NCBI GenBank assembly: GCA_938045545.1
Contig: CALIBN010000010.1
Span: forward strand, 32,001-96,000
Direction: 5' to 3'
DNA length: 64,000 nt
DNA from: an uncultured archaeon
Lineage (GTDB): Archaea; Thermoproteota; EX4484-205; JAAOZP01
Shown: piece after piece, positions 39,629 to 50,261 of the stretch
Position numbering within the stretch: position 1 is the first letter of the stretch
Layout of the letters: each line of letters opens with the position of its first letter
Made by a program: the position numbers and the translations under genes
Notes under the pieces: model-generated
Database searches by the model: none
What the model was told of the DNA's origin: nothing
Seen by the model: the letters and a program-made list of their open reading frames with translations, nothing else

Positions 39629-40060
39629 TCACAGCTTGCGGAGGAGTATTCCATGGAATATGGTTCCCGATGCAGAAGGCATAGCCCCTCTTATTTTAGC
39701 GGCCTCCACCATTCTTCGCACCATTTTTTCAACCTCAACCGGGCCGTTACGCAAGAAAATGCGGCAGCCAGCCTCGCCAGCTAGGAAAACATCCGGATGC
39801 TTACGCACTATAGCCGGAATATTCGTGTAGAGGTCGATGATTATTCCTTGCGCCGCACGCGAAAGCATCTTCTCAAAAACATCACCTGACATGAAGATAA
39901 CAGTCTTGCAAGCGTACCTCAGGACCTCCAGAACTCTCTGTAGCGTGGAAACACGTGTCTCGCATCCAAGCCGTGGAGAGAATAGGCCCGCTGGAAGTAG
40001 CAATATCATTGTGGCAAACCACGAGGTTAATAGGCAGCCTTGCGAAAACACTGAAGACAT
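39629..40060 (-). pseudogene. C-terminal fragment of a uroporphyrinogen decarboxylase-like (MtaA/URO-D fold) protein
   Basis: VIFMSGD...FLAGEAGCRI..NGP..VE..VRR resembles URO-D family C-terminus; N-terminus missing. Confidence 0.45.
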
Positions 40061-40149
40061 GCTGTCGACCTCGGCGTGCTAGCGCGCCGTGGCTTTGAAA
40101 GCGAGCATTCCACCACAGTAGGTTTAAATCTTCCGACTATGTTTAAACA

Positions 40150-40950
40150 ATGAGGGAAATGAGGGGGAGGTTCACTATTTACGAGCAGCCTGAGCTTAGA
40201 GAGCCCCTGCTCATACTCGGGTTCAGAGGGTGGGCTGACGCTGGAAGAATATCAAGCGGATGCGTAGGCTACTTGGTGAGAAAACTGGGGGCAAGAAGGT
40301 TTGGCGAAATGGTTCCAGACGATTTCTACATTCTTCAAAACTCTCGGCCATTAGGATGGATTGAAGAGGGCATTATAAGAAGGATAGAGTGGCCCTCTAC
40401 AGAATTATTCTACTATAAGAATAGTCTTGGAGGAAATGATTTGATACTCCTGCTTGCCGACGAGCCTAATTTCAAGCCTAACGAATACGCTGAGGAAATT
40501 GTTAATTTAGCAATCTCTTACAAGGTGGGGAGAATATACGTGATTGGCGGAGTAATTGCTCCAGAGGCTTCGCCCACAGGGGAACAGCAGGTGGAAGCAG
40601 TTGTCGGAGATCCCGGGTTGAAAGCCGAGTTGAAAAAATACGGGATAGGATACGTGACATATGGGAGCAGTAGGCAGCTCGCGCCAGTAGGCATCCACTC
40701 GCTTCTCGTGCTCGCCTGCCAGAGAAAAGGTATTGACGTGGTAAGCCTATGGGGGCGTGCTCCACCCTTTGCCAACATATATCCTAAAAGCATTCACGCA
40801 GTCCTTGAGAAACTGGTTGAAATGTTGAAAATAGACCTTGACCTTGAGGATATTGAAAAGACCAGTAGAGACTACGAAAGGTTGATGGAGGAGGCAGCCA
40901 GACAACAGGAATCAAGCGAGAGTAGAAGGCAGCCAGAGTATTTCTATTGA
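40150..40950 (+). CDS. PAC2 family (proteasome assembly chaperone-like) protein
   Basis: GFRGWADAG, WPSTELF, DEPN, VGIHSLL, YPKS. Confidence 0.88.
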   Translation: MREMRGRFTIYEQPELREPLLILGFRGWADAGRISSGCVGYLVRKLGARRFGEMVPDDFYILQNSRPLGWIEEGIIRRIEWPSTELFYYKNSLGGNDLILLLADEPNFKPNEYAEEIVNLAISYKVGRIYVIGGVIAPEASPTGEQQVEAVVGDPGLKAELKKYGIGYVTYGSSRQLAPVGIHSLLVLACQRKGIDVVSLWGRAPPFANIYPKSIHAVLEKLVEMLKIDLDLEDIEKTSRDYERLMEEAARQQESSESRRQPEYFY

Positions 40951-41019
40951 GAAAACTTTTTCAGCAGCCTTCAACTGCCCAATAACCTTTTAACAATTAA
41001 ATTACAATTAAAAAGTAGC

Positions 41020-41460
41020 TTTCTTAACAGTAAGGAGAGCCTTAACATAAGACCAAACAGAAAAATGCCGCAAAGCTTCTTAGCAACCAGGTATTCAAGC
41101 CTACCTTTAACAACCTCGTGCTCCCCACCCCCCGACCAGTATTGGGTAGCTAATGAAAACCTCTGTGAAGCCGTTTAATGCACTACTTCAAAATAGTCCT
41201 CAACACTATTCCCTCGTGCGAGATAAGTAACAGTCGCGTCAAAAGGAATGGTTTACAGCCCATTCCCTTCAACAGGTCAAAAAAACCTCTCTACCTCCTC
41301 AGCCTTCAAATGGTTCTTGGGCCCACCCATGTGTAGCTTTATTGTATTTATTGTAACAACCTCGTTTTCGAAAGGCATTTCAATCCTTAAAGCCTCAAGG
41401 AAATATTTGTCCAAACCTTGGAAAAAAGGAAACCGGTCTGTATAGTGCTGCAAGACGTTT
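41020..41460 (-). pseudogene. Decayed DUF362-family Fe-S protein
   Basis: IKLHMGGPKNHL...KPFLFDATVTY...NSVEDY..NGF pieces spread over frames with stops. Confidence 0.5.
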
Positions 41461-41483
41461 CTCCAAGGTAGCGTTGCTAGCGC

Positions 41484-42281
41484 CTATCCTTCGATTTCTG
41501 TTGCGCTTGGTTCGTTCTCATAGGCTGTTTGCCACTGCACGTGACCCGTGTAGCTTATTGTAGTACTGCCTAAGTTCCCTATGACAAGCGTGTGGTAGTG
41601 GTACCGATTGTACGGCGGATACAGTGAAATGCTTGCATGGCCTCCGTATACTAGTGTGCCATGGGCGGTTCCAGGATCGACATTATAGTCAATTACACCA
41701 ATGAATAATGGTCCGTTAGAAGGCGACCAGTCTACTATTACGTTGACACGCACAAGGGTATAGCCACCATACTCGTCTCCATATCCCGGCGCCAAAGTGC
41801 CTCCTATATCGAATGTTATGATCGCATCTATACTTGCATCAGCTAACTCAAACACTTCCCATATGATGGGGCGTTTGTAGCCCCCCTCGTACTCCACGTA
41901 TCCACTGTATACTCCAAATTTTAAAGACGCTATGGGTTCTCCAGGCTTCAAAGAATCTATGTGAAACGAAAGTTTAACCGGTTTTGGAGGATTTAATGCT
42001 GACCGTTCCTTCAGCAGTTTTCTAACTTCATTCGGCATACCTCCAATTATTTTAAAGGTTATGAAATACTTGGATGATGGAGTACGGAGGATATTATTTC
42101 TGATAACCGTTGGGTTAATGGCACGCTTTTCGATAAGCAGTTCTCTCGCGTTGCCCGAGGACAGTTTTCCTCTGGATACTGGGAGTGTAATTATTTCAGG
42201 GGGGTTTGCATAGATAATTAAGATGCTAGATAACATTGTTAGAATTATTAATAGTTGCAATAACTTTAACTTCCCCACCAT
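41484..42281 (-). CDS. Secreted hypothetical protein
   Basis: N-terminal signal peptide, beta-rich C-terminus, AT-rich coding. Confidence 0.65.
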   Translation of the reverse strand: MVGKLKLLQLLIILTMLSSILIIYANPPEIITLPVSRGKLSSGNARELLIEKRAINPTVIRNNILRTPSSKYFITFKIIGGMPNEVRKLLKERSALNPPKPVKLSFHIDSLKPGEPIASLKFGVYSGYVEYEGGYKRPIIWEVFELADASIDAIITFDIGGTLAPGYGDEYGGYTLVRVNVIVDWSPSNGPLFIGVIDYNVDPGTAHGTLVYGGHASISLYPPYNRYHYHTLVIGNLGSTTISYTGHVQWQTAYENEPSATEIEG

Positions 42282-42806
42282 ACTCCCACCGTGCTATTAA
42301 TGAGTCAATATCACTTATAAATTTTTTTTAAAAGTTGTAAAAAATGCTGCTGATTTAAACATATGTTCAGAAAAAATACTCTATCAAAAGTAGACTTAAA
42401 TAGAGTGAGAATAAAAAAGCGAATACATTTATGCCGGGACTGAGAAAACAACCCCGATGTGGATCTAGCCGGAGAGTTCAGCAATATCCGCAATAAGTCA
42501 ACGAACTCGCTTCTCCCTGGCATTTAATGGTATCGCTCCCTTTCAACTTCTTTAAGCAATTTTTCTGCCTAGTTCCGCAATAACCACCTTTAGGTAGCTG
42601 AATTCCCCTAGTGCGCCAGTTCCACACCCATTTTTAATTTTGATCATTACCTTTTCCTCTGTAACTCCTCCCAAGTGATCAATCATCTTACAATTTACTT
42701 TTTGATTCTAATTCTATAATCTTTTTTCTATCAATAGCTTCTAAGCACATTTTATCAATAATATGTCACGTGCTCAAATCCAAGCACTCCCACCTTTTTT
42801 ATGCTT

Positions 42807-43856
42807 TTATTGGCTTATTACCCACGTGTTCCCCATGCTATCGGCAGGCAAATATTTTTTCTGTCTAGGTTTAAAGGCTAGTAAAGCAATTCCTGCGATT
42901 GTCATGATGAGGCCTATGCTTGCCATGACGCTGCCAATTATCTTCCCCCCGAAGATTGTTGAGACAGTTGTTTTCTCCTGCCATTCTAGTGCCGCATGGA
43001 TAATTATTTTTTCATCTACATCTTTTAAAGGGTTTTCAACGACGAAGCATACGCTGAACGCTGAGCCCACCTGGTCTTCTGTTAGCGAGATGTTGAAGCT
43101 TGAAGAGTTGACGTTCTCCTGCTCAAGTATGACAGTGTAGTTTTTGCCAGCAAGCCAATTCCAATAGTTAGGATACGTCATAACGTAGAAGTTGAACCTG
43201 TTTCCATTCATCTCCGTAGCGTTGCCCCTGAGCCTGAAATCCTTGGCCTCTTCGATTAAAACCTGAGGGGGTGAAGCCACGTAGTCGGTGCAATCTGTTC
43301 TCGAAGATCTCTCAATCCAGCTGATCGTTGAGTCAACGAAGACCGTTGGCTCTACTCCCGGCTCATGTTCCTCAACGACAAAATAGATCGCGTCGGGCAG
43401 GTTTTCCTTCAAGGCTATTGAGAAGTTGATGCTAACTGAGGTTTTACCCTTCTCCTCGAAGTAAGCCTTGTAGGATAAGCCTGCTTTCCATAGGTCGAAG
43501 TTAACACGGTCGAAAACGTAGAAGTTGAAAGGCTTCTGGGGGGATGATTGTTCAACTGCATTCACTGTTATCACGAAGCCCCTTTCCTCCCCGGAGAAAG
43601 GAGGCGTGGCCCCCCAGCATGCCTCGTACTTCAAGGGGGTTTCCACTCTGAGAACCTTTTCGACAAGTTTCTCGCTGACAGTTTTCCATCCGGCTGAAAC
43701 ACTTAGGGTTTCCCCTTCAACCAGTGTTCGGCTTCTAGGCTCCCAACCGACATCTGCCGGAACAATTATCGCGGTGAAGACCCCAACTGCGAACAGTATT
43801 AAACCCGCTATAAACGCTATTTTTTGAATAGGATTAGTCAAATTCCACTCGATCAT
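42807..43856 (-). CDS. Membrane protein with two repeated beta-sandwich (GOLD/emp24-like) domains between TMs
   Basis: Internal repeat FNFYVFDRVNFDLWKAG / FNFYVMTYPNYWNWLAG; N- and C-terminal TMs. Confidence 0.7.
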   Translation of the reverse strand: MIEWNLTNPIQKIAFIAGLILFAVGVFTAIIVPADVGWEPRSRTLVEGETLSVSAGWKTVSEKLVEKVLRVETPLKYEACWGATPPFSGEERGFVITVNAVEQSSPQKPFNFYVFDRVNFDLWKAGLSYKAYFEEKGKTSVSINFSIALKENLPDAIYFVVEEHEPGVEPTVFVDSTISWIERSSRTDCTDYVASPPQVLIEEAKDFRLRGNATEMNGNRFNFYVMTYPNYWNWLAGKNYTVILEQENVNSSSFNISLTEDQVGSAFSVCFVVENPLKDVDEKIIIHAALEWQEKTTVSTIFGGKIIGSVMASIGLIMTIAGIALLAFKPRQKKYLPADSMGNTWVISQ

Positions 43857-43983
43857 GTTTAAAGTCTCGATATAAATTTTTCTCGGCCGCATTAAAGTAT
43901 TCAACGCTTTCGAAGAACACATTGCGTAATAAAGGTGAACAACTGGAAGAAGATCCCCAGCGAGGAAACTTTGGTACACTTGT

Positions 43984-44730
43984 TTATGCCTCTAGTTCCC
44001 CGATCTTCCCGAGGAAGACCAAGTCTAAGCTATATGCTTCAGCCTCCTGAAGATTTACCGAGCCTGTTTTCAAGAAGCCCCTCAGCTCCTCGGATATTCT
44101 CTCAGGATTGTTAACTATGAGTTTCCCAATGTTCTCGTTGAAAGCCGGCATTAAAAGTATTTCAACAGCGTTTTTTAGCAAGGCCTTAACCCAGACAGGT
44201 ATCACATACCTGTAGCCGAGATCATCGAGAAGCTCTACAGCCGGGTGGAAATGCCCGACTACGACTCTCCTAACATTGTCCCAACCTTTCTTTTCGAGAA
44301 TAGTGTCAACTCTCTTATGACCATGCGTGAAGAGAACACCATTAGCCAATAATCCGTCAGGATCCATTAGCTCAACCCCCTCCGGCAGGACAGCATAAAG
44401 ATCCCCGTCGTGGTTCCCGGGAACAATCCCAACCCATTCAAACCTGCTAACTATTATTCGCATGAACTCTGGGATCTCCATCCACTCAAGCCCTCGAGGG
44501 CCGTATACAGTGTGCTTCAAGTCTCCAAGGATTAAGAGCCGACTAGCAGACGTTTTCTCAGCAAGGCTTAAGATGCGCGTAAGGATCCTCTTGGTTAGGC
44601 TCGGAAGCTTGATTCCCTTAAGCCTTATCTCACCCTCATAACCTATATGCGTATCTGCAATAACTAGTGTTTCTCCGGCAAGTAGAGCCGGCTCGCCTTT
44701 AATAAGCTTAAATCCTCTTCCCGCGTTCAA
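43984..44730 (-). CDS. Metallophosphoesterase (calcineurin-like)
   Basis: ADTHIG, LGDLKH, PGNHD, THGH, GHFHP, MPAF. Confidence 0.9.
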   Translation of the reverse strand: MNAGRGFKLIKGEPALLAGETLVIADTHIGYEGEIRLKGIKLPSLTKRILTRILSLAEKTSASRLLILGDLKHTVYGPRGLEWMEIPEFMRIIVSRFEWVGIVPGNHDGDLYAVLPEGVELMDPDGLLANGVLFTHGHKRVDTILEKKGWDNVRRVVVGHFHPAVELLDDLGYRYVIPVWVKALLKNAVEILLMPAFNENIGKLIVNNPERISEELRGFLKTGSVNLQEAEAYSLDLVFLGKIGELEA

Positions 44731-44749
44731 GACCAAGGTAATAAGCGGG

Positions 44750-45160
44750 ATGATTGAAGATAAGGATAGCGTTGACAAGATGCCTGAGGAGATAGCTAGG
44801 CTTCTTAAGACTCAGGGTATGACACGTGAGTGCGAGGAGAAGATCATAAGTGCTTTCGGTGAAAGAGGCAGAAGAGCCTTGAAGACAGTTGTTTCAAAAA
44901 GGGTGAAGAAGTACGTTCTTCAGCCTTCGAACAGGATTAGGTGGATTATCGTTGGCAGGGAGGAGGAGTACCTCGTTATCCCGCTGGTGAAGTATTGTTC
45001 TTGCCGCGATTTCTTCTATTACATAATGAACGGAGAAGCATACGCCTGCTATCACCTTCTGGCGCAAATAATTGCTGAGTTCTCGGGATTATATGACGAA
45101 GTAAGAGAATTAGACGAGGTCTATGATAGGGTTATTGCTTCAAGGCTCTTCATATACTAG
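44750..45160 (+). CDS. SWIM zinc-finger protein
   Basis: YCSCRDF...CYHLLA motif. Confidence 0.85.
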   Translation: MIEDKDSVDKMPEEIARLLKTQGMTRECEEKIISAFGERGRRALKTVVSKRVKKYVLQPSNRIRWIIVGREEEYLVIPLVKYCSCRDFFYYIMNGEAYACYHLLAQIIAEFSGLYDEVRELDEVYDRVIASRLFIY

Positions 45161-45315
45161 AGCCTACAGCTTGAAGAGACTCTCGTGGCTCAGATTAATA
45201 ACTAACCTAGCACTTTTCAACAACTATTGAAAAAACTGTTACTATTGCGAGGCGAGTGAAGGATCAATGGGCTGGAGAAGAAGACCCCATGAATGGTTTC
45301 AAGAGTATTCATATA

Positions 45316-45996
45316 CTAGCACGGATGTAGACGGAATATCTCGTAAGTCAGCCAGGCCGCCACCGTCCAGGCTGCTAAAACACCGTCGTAGACTGAAACC
45401 TTCTCCCCCGTCACGCTCCATATTTCATCAGAGGGTCTTCCCCTAGGGTAGGCTCCGATTAGGAAGCATGTTGGAACACCGTCTTCTGAAACACTCTTAA
45501 CGTAGTCTCGGATTTCAACCATCCTGCCAACATGTGTGAAGAGTATTCTACGAGGGTACTCGTCTAAAACCCTTAAAGCATCCTTTTTAGACACTGTTTC
45601 CATAAGGATTCTTCCACCCGGGCTCAGGATTCTGCCTTTGGAGAGAAGCTTCTCCATCAGCCCTATGAAGTTCCAGTAGGTCGCTGGAAACCTTATTCTC
45701 TCCCTCGGGACAATCCATTTTCCGGCTACAGTGTGCACCACCACCCCTAGTTTCCCAGCCCTGTAGACCGGGGAGTCTGAAACTATTTTAAGACAGGTGT
45801 GTAAAATATCCGGCCGGCCTCTTTTCCAACTGTTTTCAAGCCTAAGAATAGCCTTATGGTGGATGCTTCTCTCAAGCATTGTTTCCAAGGGATTTTTACC
45901 CTTTTTAACAGCGTTTTTAACAACCTGCGGGTGGGCGGCAATCTCCCTGGGAACAAGCTCGAGACTCGAGTCGAAAAAGCATATGAGACTCTTCAT
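45316..45996 (-). CDS. nep1: 16S rRNA pseudouridine methyltransferase Nep1/EMG1
   Basis: LELVP, KRGRPDILH, DSP, RFP..Y.NF.GLME.L, IGAYPRG. Confidence 0.92.
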   Translation of the reverse strand: MKSLICFFDSSLELVPREIAAHPQVVKNAVKKGKNPLETMLERSIHHKAILRLENSWKRGRPDILHTCLKIVSDSPVYRAGKLGVVVHTVAGKWIVPRERIRFPATYWNFIGLMEKLLSKGRILSPGGRILMETVSKKDALRVLDEYPRRILFTHVGRMVEIRDYVKSVSEDGVPTCFLIGAYPRGRPSDEIWSVTGEKVSVYDGVLAAWTVAAWLTYEIFRLHPC

Positions 45997-46058
45997 CCCT
46001 AGTCCTCCCCCTGCTAAACCTTATAAAACCTTTGCTTCCAGAGGGAGACTGAAGACTG

Positions 46059-46487
46059 TTGGAGGCTGTTCACGTTAAGGCGGTTCCGGCGGACATTCTG
46101 ATAGAAAGGATTGCAGAATACCTTAGGGAGAACGTTAAAGAGGTAAATCCCCCTAAGTGGGCTCTTTTCGTTAAAACAGGTAGCCACAGGGAGAGGCCTC
46201 CGGATCGTTTAGACTGGTGGTATGTTAGAGCCGCCTCGATACTCAGGAGGCTTTACATAAAGGGCCCGACGGGTGTTTCAAGGCTAAGGAAAGCATACGG
46301 AGGCAGGAAGAAATACCCGATGAGGAGGGCGCATAAGGTTAGGGCAGGTGGAGCAGTAATCAGAAAGATTCTTCAGCAGCTTGAAGCAGCAGGTCTCGTC
46401 AGCAAGTCGAACAAGGGCAGGTGGCTCACGCCGAAGGGAGTCTCACTCCTGGACAGGCTGTCCCGTGAGGCTGTTGGAAAAGGGTAG
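46059..46487 (+). CDS. rps19e: Ribosomal protein S19e
   Basis: PPKWA.FVKTG.HRERPP, WWYVRAASILR. Confidence 0.97.
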   Translation: MEAVHVKAVPADILIERIAEYLRENVKEVNPPKWALFVKTGSHRERPPDRLDWWYVRAASILRRLYIKGPTGVSRLRKAYGGRKKYPMRRAHKVRAGGAVIRKILQQLEAAGLVSKSNKGRWLTPKGVSLLDRLSREAVGKG

Positions 46488-46495
46488 TTGAAGAA

Positions 46496-46807
46496 ATGAG
46501 TGAGGACGAGGAGATTGCAAGAATACTTGAACAGCGGCGTAGACAGATGGAGAAGGATCTTGAGGAAAGAAGGCGTAGGCAGGAGGAGCAGACGGTTATA
46601 AAGACTTTAAGCAGGATTGTCTTCACTCCGGAGGCTAGGAGCCGTTTGAACAATCTCAGGCTGGTTAAGCCCCAGCTTGCAGAACAGGTTGAAAAATACC
46701 TTATAGCTCTGGCGCAACAGGGTAAGCTTAAAATACCTGTTGAAGACGAGTATTTGAAGGAGGTCTTGGAGAGAATATACTTGTCTTCAAAAAGAGGAAT
46801 GAGGTGA
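46496..46807 (+). CDS. PDCD5-family DNA-binding protein
   Basis: TPEARSRLNNLRLVKP.LAEQVE..LI.LAQ.G. Confidence 0.92.
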   Translation: MSEDEEIARILEQRRRQMEKDLEERRRRQEEQTVIKTLSRIVFTPEARSRLNNLRLVKPQLAEQVEKYLIALAQQGKLKIPVEDEYLKEVLERIYLSSKRGMR

Positions 46808-46813
46808 GGAGAA

Positions 46814-46969
46814 CTGGCTAGAAGCAAGACAGTTGGGAAGAAGCTACGCCTGCAGGCTGAGTTGAAGAGATCCTATTCCGTGCCAACCTGGGTAATAGCT
46901 AAGACACGTGGGAAAGTCAGGTTCACGCATCGTTGGAGAAACTGGAGAAGGAGCAGGATCAAGCTTTAG
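46814..46969 (+). CDS. rpl39e: Ribosomal protein L39e, not in the ORF track; CTG start
   Basis: Manual translation (M)ARSKTVGKKLRL...VPTWVIAKT...RNWRRSRIKL, 51 aa. Confidence 0.93.
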   Translation: MARSKTVGKKLRLQAELKRSYSVPTWVIAKTRGKVRFTHRWRNWRRSRIKL

Positions 46970-46980
46970 GGTGGTCGGCT

Positions 46981-47250
46981 ATGAGCAGTAAGGCTGAGGA
47001 GACTGTTTTCACAATAAATCTTTCAAGAGTCAAGAACGCACCCTTCCCGGATAGGCGTGAGGTTGCTATTCGAAAGATCCGAGAGAAGGCTTCCAAGGCT
47101 TTCAAGGGTAAGAGAATAATCATGGGGAGTGATTTGAATGAGTATGTTCACTCCAACCTCGGGAGGGTTTTGAAGGGTCGTCTGAGGGTTCTCGCCGTAG
47201 TTAAAGAGGACGAGGTTCTTCTAAGGCTCCAGAGTCAAGGTCAGCGATAA
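46981..47250 (+). CDS. rpl31e: Ribosomal protein L31e
   Basis: FTINL...R...AIR.IRE, LNEYV; synteny. Confidence 0.85.
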   Translation: MSSKAEETVFTINLSRVKNAPFPDRREVAIRKIREKASKAFKGKRIIMGSDLNEYVHSNLGRVLKGRLRVLAVVKEDEVLLRLQSQGQR

Positions 47251-47253
47251 GTC

Positions 47254-47922
47254 ATGGAAGTAGCAAGGGCCTCGATCTGGAAGACTCCCTTCATAGGAGC
47301 CTACTCAAAGGTCTTCGGGGTTAACGCTGTGGTCAATAAGAACGCGCCCCAGGGCTTCCTGAGGAGGCTTAGGGATTTTCTAAGAGTTGACTCGATAGCG
47401 TTGACAAACATAGGCGGTGTTCACGCTGTCTCGTCGATGATAGCGGTGAATTCGAACTTCATAATCGCCCCGGACACTGTTGAGGATGAGGAGCTGAGGG
47501 AGCTGGAGTCGCTTGGAAAGGAGATAATGAGGGTTGAAAGCAGGCTTAAAGCATGGGGGAACATGATGATTCTCTCAGATAAGGGAGCGCTTTTCTCGAC
47601 GAGGGTTCCAAGGAGCGAGGCTAAAGCGATAGTTGACTTCCTCGGGGTCGACTATGATTTCGCAAGCCTTGCCAACTATGTTGCGATAGGTGCTCTCGCG
47701 GTACCCGGTGAGGAGCTCTGCTTCGCCTCCAGGCTTCTGTCAGAGCGGGAGAAGAGGACTCTGGGAGACGTTTTGAAGCTCAGGGTTTACACGGTGTCGG
47801 TTAACGACGGGCTGGCTTTCATAAGGCTCGGAATGCTCGCAAGCCCATATGGGGTGCTTGTTGGAGAATCTACAACCGGGGCTGAGCTTATGAACATATC
47901 CTTAGCACTGAAAAGTTTTTAA
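47254..47922 (+). CDS. eif6: Translation factor aIF6
   Basis: PFIGAY, GN.....DKGA, GE.TTG.EL..I; synteny. Confidence 0.88.
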   Translation: MEVARASIWKTPFIGAYSKVFGVNAVVNKNAPQGFLRRLRDFLRVDSIALTNIGGVHAVSSMIAVNSNFIIAPDTVEDEELRELESLGKEIMRVESRLKAWGNMMILSDKGALFSTRVPRSEAKAIVDFLGVDYDFASLANYVAIGALAVPGEELCFASRLLSEREKRTLGDVLKLRVYTVSVNDGLAFIRLGMLASPYGVLVGESTTGAELMNISLALKSF

Positions 47923-47946
47923 CAACCCCCGTCTCCAGGCTCAGGC

Positions 47947-48153
47947 ATGCCCCTGTTTAAAGTGAAAGGCGTGTTTAGAAAGCCTTTGAGGGAGATCCCG
48001 TTCTCCATAAGCGTGGAGGCTCCTTCAGCGAAGATCGCCCTGGAGAAGACCTACTCCATGATAGGGAGTAGGCATCGTGTTAAAAGGGAGAATATTAAAA
48101 TACTTAGCTTAGAGGAGGTTAAGCCTGAAACCGATGAGCGAGGAGGAGCTTAG
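47947..48153 (+). CDS. rpl18a: Ribosomal protein L18Ae/LX (eL20)
   Basis: EKTYS.IGSRHRVKR..IKI. Confidence 0.93.
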   Translation: MPLFKVKGVFRKPLREIPFSISVEAPSAKIALEKTYSMIGSRHRVKRENIKILSLEEVKPETDERGGA

Positions 48154-48550
48154 GAAAGCCATAACTGAGCTCAGGTCGTTCGAAACCATTATGGAGGAGC
48201 TTAGGTCGAGGTACCAGCTTGTAGTGGCATCTATAAACGACCTCCAGGTTTCCAAGTCCGCCCTAGAAGAGATTTCTAAGGCGGGCGAGGGTGTTGAGCT
48301 TTTCCTGGACATAGGTGGAGGAGTCTACGGTAAGGCGGTTTTAAAAGACACTAACAGGTTTCTCGTAAACACCGGGTCGGGAATACTTATTGAGAGAAGC
48401 CTAGAGGAGACTCTTAAAATGGTTGAGAAAAGGCTTAGCGAGCTGAACGACGCGCGTGGATCCATAGAGACCCAGATGAGCAATCTCCAAGCCAGGATAG
48501 AGGAAAGCAGGAGCAGGGTTCAACTGCTTTACGAGAAGCTTAGGAAATAG
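48134..48550 (+). CDS. pfdA: Prefoldin alpha subunit
   Basis: Coiled coil with IGGGVY and VNTGSG..IE hairpins. Confidence 0.9.
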   Translation: MSEEELRKAITELRSFETIMEELRSRYQLVVASINDLQVSKSALEEISKAGEGVELFLDIGGGVYGKAVLKDTNRFLVNTGSGILIERSLEETLKMVEKRLSELNDARGSIETQMSNLQARIEESRSRVQLLYEKLRK

Positions 48551-49458
48551 TGCTCCTGATGAAGGTAGGCGAGCTTTTCAAGTCTCTCGTGGAAGCTGTT
48601 TCAACAAGGCCCCTCAGTCGCGAGAAGATCGAAGAGATTCTTGACGACTACGGGCTTAAACTCATCATCTGCGACGTGGCCCTTCCGCTAGTCGACGAGT
48701 TGAAGAGGACGCTTGCTGAAACCCTTGAGGGCCGGAGGACTCCTCTTTTCGACAGGGATGCTGTTAAGAAACTCGTCGAACAGGAGTTGACACTTTTCCT
48801 CTTGAAAACGCTGGGCGATAGTCAGATCGACCTTGTCGAGGAGGCGCGGAAATCGCAGAAACCCTTTAAACTTCTTTTCATAGGCGTCAACGGTGTTGGG
48901 AAAACCACGACGATAGCTAAGGTTGCACACATGCTTAAGGAGAACGGTTTAAGCGTCCTCTTGGCTTGCAGTGACACTTTCAGAGCCGGGGCGGTTGAAC
49001 AGCTAGGCCAACATGCTAGGGCGCTTGGACTGCCGATGGTTTTCAAAAAATACGGCTCAGACCCTGCGAGCGTAGGCTTCGAAGCGGTTCACCAAGCCTC
49101 TAGAAAAGGTGTGGACGCTGTCCTCATAGACACCGCTGGGAGAATGCATACCGACATAAACCTTATGGATGAGCTTAAGAAGATTAAGAGGGTTGTCGAG
49201 CCTTCATACACAATACTTGTCGTGGATGCTTTAACAGGCAACGATGCTTGGAACCAGGCTGCAGACTTCAGCAGCCACGTCGGCTTCGACGCAGTTATAC
49301 TGGCTAAGTTCGACGCTGACGTTAAGGGAGGGGCTGCGCTCTCAGTATCCTTCATATCCAAGAAGCCCGTCATATACGTTGGAACAGGGCAGAAATACTC
49401 CGACCTTAAAAGGTTCAACCCTAAGGAGTATGTCAGCAGCCTAATGTCGCTTGTCTAA
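48550..49458 (+). CDS. ftsY: SRP receptor FtsY
   Basis: GVNGVGKTTTIAK, DTFRAGA, DTAGR, K.DAD.KGG. Confidence 0.96.
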   Translation: MLLMKVGELFKSLVEAVSTRPLSREKIEEILDDYGLKLIICDVALPLVDELKRTLAETLEGRRTPLFDRDAVKKLVEQELTLFLLKTLGDSQIDLVEEARKSQKPFKLLFIGVNGVGKTTTIAKVAHMLKENGLSVLLACSDTFRAGAVEQLGQHARALGLPMVFKKYGSDPASVGFEAVHQASRKGVDAVLIDTAGRMHTDINLMDELKKIKRVVEPSYTILVVDALTGNDAWNQAADFSSHVGFDAVILAKFDADVKGGAALSVSFISKKPVIYVGTGQKYSDLKRFNPKEYVSSLMSLV

Positions 49459-49690
49459 CACTGGGGGAAAAGAATATATCCATGCTTCCCGATTTAAACC
49501 CGGCATGGGGCTTACGGACAGGGCTAGAACAATGGTTAGAGTGCTGAAGCTCAGCGAGAAACCCGACGTGTCGGAGCTGAAGCTGTCGCTAAAGATCTTT
49601 CTAATCGGAATCCTTATAGTCGGGGGAATGGCGTTCGTAGTGCATATTGTCGCTTCGCTCCTCCAGCTGACGGGCGTGAAGCTCGGATAA
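49451..49690 (+). CDS. secE: SecE/Sec61-gamma
   Basis: RVLKL..KP...E followed by TM. Confidence 0.88.
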   Translation: MSNTGGKEYIHASRFKPGMGLTDRARTMVRVLKLSEKPDVSELKLSLKIFLIGILIVGGMAFVVHIVASLLQLTGVKLG

Positions 49691-49706
49691 CGGGTTGTGA
49701 AGCAGG

Positions 49707-50183
49707 ATGAGCAGGAATAAAGCTGCGGAGCCAAAGTTTTTCCTCGTGAGAACATCCATAGGTCAAGAGATGTCTTCAGCCCTCATGATTAAAAACAGGT
49801 GTGAAGTCGAGGGTCTTCCGATTCATTCTGTAATAGTCCTGCCGGGTTTAAAAGGCTATATTTACATCGAGGCCGACTCCCCCTTCCCGGTTGAAGAGGC
49901 GATAAGGGATATTAAGCATGTTAAAAGGCGGGTTCAGGGCAGTCTCAGCGTCGACGACCTTAAAAGGTATTTCGAGGAGAAACCGGTTGTTACAGAGATT
50001 AAAGTAGGAGATATTGTTGAGATAGTTGGGGGCCTGCTTAAGAAGAACCGCGCCAGGGTTTTAGAGGTAAACCCTGAGAGGAACGAGGTTACGGTGGAGC
50101 TAGACGGCGCCGTAGCCCCGTTTCCGATAACGCTTAAAATGGACAGCGTAAGGGTTGTTGAAGAGGGTCAAGGTAAGCTTTAA
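49707..50183 (+). CDS. spt5: Transcription elongation factor Spt5
   Basis: T..GQE, KGYIYIEA, KOW GDIVEIVGG. Confidence 0.94.
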   Translation: MSRNKAAEPKFFLVRTSIGQEMSSALMIKNRCEVEGLPIHSVIVLPGLKGYIYIEADSPFPVEEAIRDIKHVKRRVQGSLSVDDLKRYFEEKPVVTEIKVGDIVEIVGGLLKKNRARVLEVNPERNEVTVELDGAVAPFPITLKMDSVRVVEEGQGKL

Positions 50184-50261
50184 ACCGGTTTACCAAGGCT
50201 TGAGTCCTTAGGAAATATTTTTAAGGCTTGCAGGAGCCTCACGCCTGAAAGGTGTTTAAAA

